Source: an uncultured delta proteobacterium
GTDB lineage: Bacteria > Desulfobacterota > Desulfuromonadia > Geobacterales > DSM-12255
Length of the DNA stretch: 64,000 nt
NCBI GenBank assembly: GCA_963787125.1
Contig: CAWBBV010000011.1
Span: forward strand, 248,243-312,242
Direction: 5' to 3'
Positions 30,301-38,585 of the stretch are shown in pieces (the stretch's first letter is position 1; every line of letters begins with the position of its first letter). Made by a program: the position numbers and the translations under genes. The notes below the pieces were generated by a model. That model worked only from the letters and a program-made list of their open reading frames with translations, was not told the DNA's origin and did not search any database.

Positions 30301-31458
30301 ATGCCAGCCGCACCATTCCGCGAAATTCTCATCCTAGTAGCCGGTTCCACCCCGCAGATTATTACCGAAACCATTCAGGCTCTCGCCATGCAGATCCCAC
30401 CGATCTACATTGATGAACTTTTCATCATAACAACAGCAACCGGCAGGAGACTGATTGAGCAAAAGCTGCTTCGGGAGGGCATTCTTGCGCAAATGTGCAA
30501 AGAGTGGGACATAAAGCCCGTTAAACTGGACAAGAACTCTTTTCATGTCTTCACCGATTCCCAGGGGAAACCACTCGAAGATATCAGGAGCGCCGAGGAG
30601 AACGAACTTGTCGGCGACCAGCTTGCCGACTTCCTCTGCAATCACGCTTCAGAGCCCGGAACACGCCTGCACTGCTCCCTGGCAGGCGGTCGCAAGACCA
30701 TGTCCTTCTACATGGGCACTGCCTTCCAACTTTTTGCCCGCCAGTGGGACAAGCTCTATCATGTAATAGTCAGCTCGGATTTCGAAAAAAACCCTTCATT
30801 TTTCTATAAGCCAAAGGTAAACCGCACCCTCACCGCCCACTTCCACGACGGCTCAAACAAACAGATCAACACGGACGATGCCGAGATTACCTTGACGGAA
30901 CTGCCACTTATTTATCTGAGAAACAAGCTGACCCTGAGCGGCGGTAAAATCCGGGATATGGTGGCCGAAGGGCAGAAGACCATCGATAGCGCCGCCATGC
31001 AGCTTCCTGTTCGGGTAGATCTTGCCGAGCGTACCATCTATATAGGCGAGACTTTGATAGAGCTCCCCCCTGCCCAACTGGCGCTCTATACCGGTTTCTT
31101 GCGCCTGAAAAACGACCCTTGCAAATTCAGCAACAGAAATTACTGCCAGGAGTGCACCGCTTGCTTTGTACCGGTTGTCGAGATGAGTTCGGAGCCGTTT
31201 CTGGAATCCATGGCTGACGATTATCAGGCGATCTATTGCGGCGACATCACGAAACGCGAAGAGCAGTTGGGAAAGTGGCAAAAGAGCCTGGACGCCAGCA
31301 ACATGCGTCAGCAGATCAGCAAGGTCAACAAGGTGCTAAAGGAAGAGATTCGGGATGAAGCGCTGCACCCGTTCTACCTGATCTCCTGTCTGAAAAGGTA
31401 TGGTGGCAGCCGTTACGGGGTGCGGGTCGAGAAGGGTAAGGTCTGGATTGAGGGGTGA
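30301..31458 (+). CDS. CARF-domain protein, NE0113/TIGR02584-like, with C-terminal winged-helix-like region
   Basis: ILILVAGSTPQIITET, FIITT, PLEDIRS, HCSLAGGRKTMSFY, DKLYHV and FFYKP motifs; C-terminal CX7CX2CX2C and QISKVNK...YG; GGAG RBS before ATG 30301. Confidence 0.85.
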   Translation: MPAAPFREILILVAGSTPQIITETIQALAMQIPPIYIDELFIITTATGRRLIEQKLLREGILAQMCKEWDIKPVKLDKNSFHVFTDSQGKPLEDIRSAEENELVGDQLADFLCNHASEPGTRLHCSLAGGRKTMSFYMGTAFQLFARQWDKLYHVIVSSDFEKNPSFFYKPKVNRTLTAHFHDGSNKQINTDDAEITLTELPLIYLRNKLTLSGGKIRDMVAEGQKTIDSAAMQLPVRVDLAERTIYIGETLIELPPAQLALYTGFLRLKNDPCKFSNRNYCQECTACFVPVVEMSSEPFLESMADDYQAIYCGDITKREEQLGKWQKSLDASNMRQQISKVNKVLKEEIRDEALHPFYLISCLKRYGGSRYGVRVEKGKVWIEG

Positions 31459-31482
31459 TCCGCTATTGCGTTGATTCTGTAG

Positions 31483-31511
31483 TTGCATTACAATCCATAA
31501 AAGTAATGCAA
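31483..31511. promoter_or_regulatory. Inverted-repeat operator of the toxin-antitoxin operon
   Basis: TTGCATTAC-N11-GTAATGCAA just upstream of the antitoxin RBS. Confidence 0.7.
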
Positions 31512-31530
31512 TGTAGCAGTGGAGGATGAT

Positions 31531-31776
31531 ATGTCAGAAGCAGCCATAATCACAAGCAAAGGACAGGTTACGCTACCCAAAGGGATCAGAGCCATTCTGG
31601 GGAGCAGGGTTGTGCAGTTTGAGGCAACTGCTGCTGGCATTCTCATCAAGCCGGTGAACAGTGTTGCCGGTTCCCTGAGCGCCTTTGCCAGAGGGGAATC
31701 AGAGGATTTTACCGCCGTGCGTGATGCAGTCTGGACGGAGGTTGCCGATGAAAAAGAGCGTCTGCGTCCTGCCTGA
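31531..31776 (+). CDS. AbrB/MazE/SpoVT-family antitoxin
   Basis: ITSKGQVTLPKGIRAILG motif; GGAGG RBS; overlaps the PIN gene. Confidence 0.9.
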   Translation: MSEAAIITSKGQVTLPKGIRAILGSRVVQFEATAAGILIKPVNSVAGSLSAFARGESEDFTAVRDAVWTEVADEKERLRPA

Positions 31777-32140
31777 AACCAATGTGCTGCTGCGCTATCT
31801 GTTGAACGATGTGCCTGAGCAGTATCAGGAGTCATTTGATTTCTTTGAAAAGGTGCGCACCGGAGAAGCCGAGGCGGAACTTCTGGAGAGCGTCATTGTC
31901 GAAGCGGTGTACATCCTCACAAAATTCTACGCCGTACCGCGAGCCGCCGCCGCAGAGTCGCTTCAGGGGGTGCTCCGCTACAAGGGTGTCATCAATGCCG
32001 ATGGCACCCAGTTGCTGGCTGCGCTGGGGATGTACGCCACCACCTCTTGCGATATAGTTGATTGCATTCTTGCCGCAAAAGCTTGCGGGAAGGGGCTGTT
32101 TACCTTTGAGAAGAAGCTGAGGAAAGCTGTTGAGAACTGA
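31748..32140 (+). CDS. PIN-domain (VapC-like) toxin
   Basis: ETNVLLRYLL, VIVEAVYIL, DIVDCIL and FTFEKKL; 130 aa; downstream of the AbrB-type gene. Confidence 0.85.
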   Translation: MKKSVCVLPETNVLLRYLLNDVPEQYQESFDFFEKVRTGEAEAELLESVIVEAVYILTKFYAVPRAAAAESLQGVLRYKGVINADGTQLLAALGMYATTSCDIVDCILAAKACGKGLFTFEKKLRKAVEN

Positions 32141-32192
32141 ATCATATGAACAGTAGCACTTCTCCAATAACCTTAATTTTCCGGGAGTTGAA

Positions 32193-35117
32193 ATGTCATC
32201 AGTCAGTTCTGTGCAAAAAGATTTTTTTGTGTCATACGCCCGTAAAGATAATGAAAACGGGTGGATTAAAAGCTTTGTTGAAGAGCTCAAGGTCGAGCAC
32301 AGTAAATTTACAGCCGGTCGAGAATTAACATGTTTTTTTGACAAAGATGAGATTTATGCAGGAGCAGATTGGCAGCATAAATTAACTGAAGGAATCAGTA
32401 ACTCCAAGCTTTTCGTTGCGTTCATATCTCCAAATTACTTTGCTAGTATTGAGTGCCGCAAGGAGTGGCGTGCCTGGATAGATAACGAAATTGGCAAACA
32501 TATCCTTACTGCTGGAATGCGGCCTGTCTATATTGTTGAAGTCCCTGGACTGACTGACGGGAAAATCTGTGAGGATGAGCTTTCTGCTCAGTTAGCCTCT
32601 TTTCTGAAACTTGCAGAAACTGATAGCGCAAGTTTTCTTAGGGAAACGCCCGGCGTGGTTAAATATTTGCGAAGACGCCAACTGACTCACAATCAGCCTT
32701 TCAACGACGTGCAAACCTTTTATTCAGAAGGAGTAGCCGCTCTCAGGCGTAATGACCTGCGAGAGGTGCTTGACAGGCTGTCTAAAGATCTGGAACTTCA
32801 CAGTGAGCTGATTGCCAAGGCTGATGCCAGTATAACAACCATTCCCCCATATAACAGGAACTTTTCAGGCCGTCTCGATGAACTGCTTCATATGCGTAAT
32901 CTTCTGCTCAAAGATGATCGTACTGGCGTTGTCTATGGTGTGCATGGACTCGGCGGCATCGGCAAAACAGAACTTGCTCTTACCTATGCTCATGCCTTTG
33001 CCAGCGCCTACCCTGGCGGTCGTTTTCTGATAAGTTGCGACGGTAAAAAAACACTGAGAGATGCCATTCTGACGCAAAGTGATTTTACCAGCCTGTTTGC
33101 TGACCATATCAGTGACGAACAGCGTAAAAACCCTGATGAATACTTTGCCGCAATTCTACGGCAACTCGGTCATCGACTGAATAGCCTTGGTCATGTGCTT
33201 TTGCTGTTGGACAATGTTACCGACACCGGTCTTCTAAACCGGGAGCAGAGTGATCCTGTTGCTGCACTCGGTTCAAATCTGCATTTGCTGGCCACTACCC
33301 GTTTGCCTGCACCACCTGCAAACAGCCGCAACTGGATCTCTCTCGATAGATTACCAGATGAAGCTGCACTTGAACTGCTGGAAAAGCATCGTCCATTTAC
33401 CGGGGACGAAGACAGGATTGCGGCGGAAGAAATTGTTCGGCAACTTGGAGGTTTTCCCATTGCGGTTGAATTGGTAGCTGCCTATCTGGCTGTCCATGAA
33501 AGTTCAAGCTACTCCAGGGTAAGTAGTAATATTGGGTTGGCAGGGCTTGAGGAGATGGCGGGAGATGACGGAGTTGAGCTGCGGCGACATAATCACGAGC
33601 GTAGACTGTCTGCGGTTCTTGAGCCGGTTCTGGCAAGTCTCACACCTGCTGAGCGGCGCTTCATGGAATATATTGCAATGCTGCCGCCGGATCAGGTGCC
33701 GCTACCGTGGTTGAAACAGCTGGTAACGCAGGAGTTTCCTGATTTGACAGTGGAAGGTGGGTTGAAAGATCCGTGGGCAGAAATATGGCTGAAGCTGGAA
33801 AAATACTCGCTGATTCGCAGAGCAATAGAGGGGGAAAAAGAACCCCGACTGTTTCGTATTCACAGGTTAGTGCAGGAGCTGGTGATTAGGGAAACGTCCA
33901 GTGATTTTGCAAAACATTTACAAGATGGTTTGTATAACCTAATTTCAGAGCGTCTTACTCTACTTAAGAATGTCGTCCAATGGAAGGAGATGAGTTGGGA
34001 ACTTGAGCCGCTCATCGCATTAGCAAAATTATGGCCGGATGATGTTGTTTATGTAGCACCATTGTTAGCTATCTTAGGTTCGTTTTTGAGCGATTTAGCG
34101 CAGTGGGCAGAAGCAGAATCATTACTGAGTCGAGCGCTAGCAATTAGTGAAAAAACACAAGGAGTCGAACATCCTGATGTAGCCAAGATATTGTGTATTT
34201 TAGTTGGTGTACTGCATCAAACTAACAAACTAGATGAAGCAGCTCCGTTACTTCAACGCGCATTAGCCATAGAAGATAAATGCAGAGGATCTAACAGTGC
34301 CGAGGTTGCCTCAGCTCTGGTAAGAATTGCAAGGATTTCTATAGACACAAATCGGTTGGACGAGGCCACAATATTAGTCAAACGTGCTCTTGATATATTT
34401 GAAAGTAGTATAGGTCTCAACCATCAAGATGCAGCTACAGCTATTAATTGTCTTGCACAAATTTGCTTCAGTAAAAATAGAAAGAATGAAGCTGAAATGT
34501 ATTTTAAAAAATCATTGAAAATTTACGAAGATTGCTTTGGATCATGCCACCGTGAGGTGGCTACTGGGTTGAATAATCTAGCTACATTCTACCTTGTTTC
34601 AAATAAATATGCTGAAGCTGAACCATTGTATAAAAGATCATTGGCAATCAGTGTGAAGATATTTGGCATAAAACATCCAGATGTAGCAACAGGGTTAAAC
34701 AATTTAGCAAGTTTGTATATTAACATTAAGCGATTTAAGCCAGCTGAGAGATTCTTGCTAAGAGCTCTTGAAATTAATGAGCAAAGTTTTGGCAATGAAC
34801 ACCCATATGTCGCGTCAACATTAAATAGCTTAGGAAGTTTGTACTATTACACGAAGCGCTTTACAGAAGCAGAACAAATGCTACGGCAAGCACTTTGTCT
34901 TTATGAGAAAGTATCGAGTTCTAATATTGAAAGTTGTCAGAAGACCCTTGCGGCAGTGCTTGTTGAGGTAAACAAAACACCAGAGGCAAACAATATAATC
35001 AAACAATTGAATCTTCAAGGGGAAGATTTACACACGAAGCACTTACCTAAAGTTGGTCGCAACGATCCCTGCCCCTGCAACAGCGGTAAGAAATTCAAAA
35101 AGTGTTGTGGGGCGTGA
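32193..35117 (+). CDS. TIR - STAND (NB-ARC) NTPase - TPR repeats - SEC-C protein
   Basis: TIR: FFVSYAR, FFDKDEI, FISPNYFASIECRKEW. NB-ARC: GLGGIGKT, LLLLDNV, ATTR, GGFPIA, IHRLVQ. TPRs such as HPDVATGLNNLA. C-terminal GRNDPCPCNSGKKFKKCC. Confidence 0.92.
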   Translation: MSSVSSVQKDFFVSYARKDNENGWIKSFVEELKVEHSKFTAGRELTCFFDKDEIYAGADWQHKLTEGISNSKLFVAFISPNYFASIECRKEWRAWIDNEIGKHILTAGMRPVYIVEVPGLTDGKICEDELSAQLASFLKLAETDSASFLRETPGVVKYLRRRQLTHNQPFNDVQTFYSEGVAALRRNDLREVLDRLSKDLELHSELIAKADASITTIPPYNRNFSGRLDELLHMRNLLLKDDRTGVVYGVHGLGGIGKTELALTYAHAFASAYPGGRFLISCDGKKTLRDAILTQSDFTSLFADHISDEQRKNPDEYFAAILRQLGHRLNSLGHVLLLLDNVTDTGLLNREQSDPVAALGSNLHLLATTRLPAPPANSRNWISLDRLPDEAALELLEKHRPFTGDEDRIAAEEIVRQLGGFPIAVELVAAYLAVHESSSYSRVSSNIGLAGLEEMAGDDGVELRRHNHERRLSAVLEPVLASLTPAERRFMEYIAMLPPDQVPLPWLKQLVTQEFPDLTVEGGLKDPWAEIWLKLEKYSLIRRAIEGEKEPRLFRIHRLVQELVIRETSSDFAKHLQDGLYNLISERLTLLKNVVQWKEMSWELEPLIALAKLWPDDVVYVAPLLAILGSFLSDLAQWAEAESLLSRALAISEKTQGVEHPDVAKILCILVGVLHQTNKLDEAAPLLQRALAIEDKCRGSNSAEVASALVRIARISIDTNRLDEATILVKRALDIFESSIGLNHQDAATAINCLAQICFSKNRKNEAEMYFKKSLKIYEDCFGSCHREVATGLNNLATFYLVSNKYAEAEPLYKRSLAISVKIFGIKHPDVATGLNNLASLYINIKRFKPAERFLLRALEINEQSFGNEHPYVASTLNSLGSLYYYTKRFTEAEQMLRQALCLYEKVSSSNIESCQKTLAAVLVEVNKTPEANNIIKQLNLQGEDLHTKHLPKVGRNDPCPCNSGKKFKKCCGA

Positions 35118-35118
35118 A

Positions 35119-36795
35119 ATGAACAGATCTGATCAATCAATTCCTGCTGCCATCCCCTACAACATCCGCCTTGGCGTAACCGGCCACCGGACTCTGCATG
35201 ACGAAGCCGCTCTTGATGCCGCTCTGCAAAGTATCCTCAACTCCGGCTATCTTGACGCATTCAGCCCTGAAGCCAGACAATCACTGACTAAAGCTACAAA
35301 TACCCCCATCTCATTTACCCTCGTCTCCCCCCTTGCAGAAGGGGCTGACAGGCTGGTCGCCCGTGCTGTGCTGGCTCACGGCGGTTTGCTGGAGGCGCTG
35401 CTTCCGATGCCTCGGGTGGAGTATGAAAAGGATTTTGATACTCCAGAATCTCTGGCTGAGTTTGCCGGTCTGCTCGCCAGGGCTCATCGGCTGGAGACTC
35501 TCGACTGTTCCGGCTTGATGGCGGGTGCTGATTATCGCCCCAACGCCTATCGTAACGTCGGGGTAGAAACGGTTAAGCGCTGCGATATTCTGATTGCCCT
35601 GTGGGATGGCAAACCTTCACGCGGTGTGGGGGGGACGGCGGATATTATGGCACTGGCGCTGGAGCAGCAAAAACCGGTGTTTATCCTCTCCACCGAGCGC
35701 ATCGGCATGGTGGAGCTGAAAAACGACGGCCAGTTAACTGCCGATTTTATTGAAGAGCTGGAGAATTTTAACTCCTTCAGGATTGATGATGCGGAGCTGC
35801 AAACCGCCTGTGATCGGGACTTCGCAGAAGTTTTCCCGTCACATCTGGCAGAGCGGATCCCTGAGCATTTGCAACAGAGCGTGAAGAAGCATCTTATCCC
35901 GCCATACAGCCGAGCATCAATAATCGCCGGCAGTCATCAGAAACGCTATAAACAGACCGGCAAACGCGGCTATCTCTTCTCGACACTGGCAGTCGCTTTC
36001 ATGGCCTTTGCTGTTATCTTTGCCCGGTATCCGTTTTTCTCTATTCCCGGATATGTTGCTGAACTCTGCCTTTTGATTGCCCTGTACCTGATGATTCATC
36101 GTGCGGAGCATGCCAGGGTGCATCCGGGTTGGCTGGAAAACCGGGCGCTTGCCGAACGGTTGCGAACCGCCTTTTATTTTGTGGCCTGCGGCGAATCGCC
36201 GGAACATACTCTGAAAGGGCGCTCCATCTACCTTCGCAGCCAAAGCTGGGTTGATCTGGCCTACCACGGAATACTCTCAAATCTTCCTCAACTCGCCAAA
36301 ACTGATGCCGATAAGGTGCGACCATATCGCCAGTTTATCGATGCTGCCTGGCTACAGGGACAGATTGACTATCACGGAAAAAATGCAGCCAAACTGAGCA
36401 GAAAGAATGACAACCTGAAAAGCTGCGGAATGTGGTGTTTCAAGTTTGCCATCGTCATCTCCTCTATTCATCTAGGCTTTTCGATTTTCGGTGTTACAAC
36501 CGGACATCATCCGGAGGGGGCGCTGCTCTTGTCTGAAGAGCTGCTTTCAATCATTGCCATTACCCTGCCAGCGGCTGGCGCGGCTTTTGTCGGCTATCGC
36601 TCGCTTCTGGAGCAGTCACGGATTGCCGCCCGCAGCAGAGCCATGGTGTATCACCTGACGCGCATCAGTCAGCAGCCTTTGGGTGATGCCGCCGGACTGC
36701 GCCGTTATCTGGATAAGATTCAGGAGATCATGCTGATTGAGTCGGAAGACTGGCTGGCGCTAATGGAGCATGCTGAACTGGAGAAGATTGCATGA
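35119..36795 (+). CDS. SLOG domain fused to two SLATT/DUF4231-like 2TM modules
   Basis: SLOG-like GVTGHR, SPLAEGAD and ALWDG...GGT, then two hydrophobic hairpins with WLENRALAERLR, WLQGQIDYH and ESEDW motifs. Confidence 0.78.
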   Translation: MNRSDQSIPAAIPYNIRLGVTGHRTLHDEAALDAALQSILNSGYLDAFSPEARQSLTKATNTPISFTLVSPLAEGADRLVARAVLAHGGLLEALLPMPRVEYEKDFDTPESLAEFAGLLARAHRLETLDCSGLMAGADYRPNAYRNVGVETVKRCDILIALWDGKPSRGVGGTADIMALALEQQKPVFILSTERIGMVELKNDGQLTADFIEELENFNSFRIDDAELQTACDRDFAEVFPSHLAERIPEHLQQSVKKHLIPPYSRASIIAGSHQKRYKQTGKRGYLFSTLAVAFMAFAVIFARYPFFSIPGYVAELCLLIALYLMIHRAEHARVHPGWLENRALAERLRTAFYFVACGESPEHTLKGRSIYLRSQSWVDLAYHGILSNLPQLAKTDADKVRPYRQFIDAAWLQGQIDYHGKNAAKLSRKNDNLKSCGMWCFKFAIVISSIHLGFSIFGVTTGHHPEGALLLSEELLSIIAITLPAAGAAFVGYRSLLEQSRIAARSRAMVYHLTRISQQPLGDAAGLRRYLDKIQEIMLIESEDWLALMEHAELEKIA

Positions 36796-38105
36796 ACACT
36801 TTTATCGATAACCTGCGTCAGGAAGTGCTCTCCTGCTCCATCAGCGGGGTGAAACTTCAGAATGACCTGCGCAAGATTTCAAAGGTGTACTCAGTGGGGG
36901 CAACCGAGGCGGTTGTCTTCTACTCCGCCCGAATTCTTGAAGCTGTTATGAAGGATGCCCATCTCCGTTTTTTCGGGGATGATGGCGCGAGCAAACAGGA
37001 TAAGTCGAGTTCCCTCGTTGACATGGAAAAGCGTCTCTATGAGTACAATCAATTGCCGCAGCAGGCATATTATTGGTCTGAGGGGCTCCGTCTTCTTGGC
37101 AATGATGTGCGGCATACGCTGCGCAACATTGGCAGTGACGAAGCAGATTGCGCGCTGTTGTTTCTTGAGTTTATTCTCAAATGGTATTTCTGTGACTTCC
37201 CTTTGGGGGCACGGCAACCGGCCATCTACAAAATGCAGGCAGGTTCCGGACGCAAGCAGGGGCAACTTCTGCTTGATCTTGCCTGGGAGCTTGGGCGAAG
37301 CAAGCCGGATAAGAGCAGACTTTTGGTTATATTCGGCAGCCAAAAGCAGGAGTACTTGGCGGCGTTTTCCAAAAATCTTGCCTTGCCGATACTGATGCTG
37401 GAAATGTTCATTGATTCCGCCGATCACTCTTCGGCGGTGCAGCTTGTTGAAACCTTAACGCCTTATATCCGGAGGACGAAAGGTGCTTTGGCGGGACGAT
37501 TTAAGCAACTGAAGGCACTTGTGTTTAGACGTATGAATAGGCTGGACGATGCACTCAAAGTAATTGAACCGACCTATAATAAGCAGCTTGCAGAGCATCC
37601 CCGCTGGATTGAAGATGAAACTGCCGGTATTCTAGCCGGTATTTACAAGGGTTTCTGGGAGCAGCAACAGGATTCAGGTTTTCTTGCTAAGAGCCATGCG
37701 ACCTACTTGCGTGGCTGGAAGCTGAACAAAAACCCGTATCTTGGGATAAATGCCGCGACCACAGCGCTCTGGCTCGAAAAACCAGCGGAATCAGCTTCTA
37801 TCTCCAAGGAAGTGAGAACTGTCCTTGAAAAACGGCAGCGCCTGATCCGGCAGAAAAACGGCGACAAGTTCGATTTGAGTTACTGGGATCTGGTGACACT
37901 TGCAGAAGCCTGTCTACTGCTGAAGGAGCTGGATAAAGCTACGGAGCTGTATGACCTTGCGTTCTCCCGACACAGCAGTGAAAAAGGGCGTGTTGGCGCA
38001 ACCCAAAAGCAGTTTGCCGGGCTTGCAAAAAAACTGATGTCAGGGGCTGCGTTGAGTGAATTTATTCAGAAAGTCGGGGTGAATGATGAAAGCTCGCATC
38101 AGTGA
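36792..38105 (+). CDS. DUF4145 (HEPN-like) domain plus DUF4071/TPR-S (MAP3K TRAF-binding-like) domain
   Basis: N-terminal SARILE...LRLLGNDVRH; C-terminal ETAGILAGIYK, YLRGW, YLGINAAT and YWDLVTLAEA; ATGA overlap with the upstream gene. Confidence 0.72.
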   Translation: MNTFIDNLRQEVLSCSISGVKLQNDLRKISKVYSVGATEAVVFYSARILEAVMKDAHLRFFGDDGASKQDKSSSLVDMEKRLYEYNQLPQQAYYWSEGLRLLGNDVRHTLRNIGSDEADCALLFLEFILKWYFCDFPLGARQPAIYKMQAGSGRKQGQLLLDLAWELGRSKPDKSRLLVIFGSQKQEYLAAFSKNLALPILMLEMFIDSADHSSAVQLVETLTPYIRRTKGALAGRFKQLKALVFRRMNRLDDALKVIEPTYNKQLAEHPRWIEDETAGILAGIYKGFWEQQQDSGFLAKSHATYLRGWKLNKNPYLGINAATTALWLEKPAESASISKEVRTVLEKRQRLIRQKNGDKFDLSYWDLVTLAEACLLLKELDKATELYDLAFSRHSSEKGRVGATQKQFAGLAKKLMSGAALSEFIQKVGVNDESSHQ

Positions 38106-38463
38106 AATATTGGCTGTGATTGGCGATGACCAGAACGGGCGCAAACTGCTGCTGGAGGTGATTACCAAAGCTGGAGACTATGTCCGGGCGGTAACGGTTA
38201 TGGAGTCAACGCTGCTTGTAACCAAGGCAACCGGCGAAGAGCTGCGTGAAATGTCGACACTGCTGGATCGCAACCGCAGTCTAGCCCATGACGCGCTGAT
38301 CGACAGCCTGAATATCTCATCCCGCTATCTTGCCAAAAACTTTCCCGCAGCCCCTGCCGGCGGCATTTACCCGGAACCATCACATCTGCTTGACCGCAAC
38401 CGCCGCGCTATCGGCCACTGGGCAGGACAGCTGGTGAACGAACTCTTTACTGAACGCCGTTAG
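38083..38463 (+). CDS. DUF3232-like small helical protein
   Basis: LDRNRSLAHDALIDSLNI...RRAIGHWAGQLVNELF pattern; overlaps the preceding gene. Confidence 0.65.
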   Translation: MMKARISEILAVIGDDQNGRKLLLEVITKAGDYVRAVTVMESTLLVTKATGEELREMSTLLDRNRSLAHDALIDSLNISSRYLAKNFPAAPAGGIYPEPSHLLDRNRRAIGHWAGQLVNELFTERR

Positions 38464-38585
38464 CGTTTTTTCTGCCGCTCCGACTGCAGCAGGAAACCTT
38501 TTCGCAACATTTCTTAACATCACGCCAACTCAAAATTATTTTATCGTTTCTCTGACGGATACTAATTTTCCAAACGGAGATAACG

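Noticed and set aside
29855..32192. CRISPR array or cas operon near the CARF gene
   Set aside because: No regularly spaced direct repeats seen by eye; a single ATTGAAAC near 30270 is not an array; no cas ORFs in the window.
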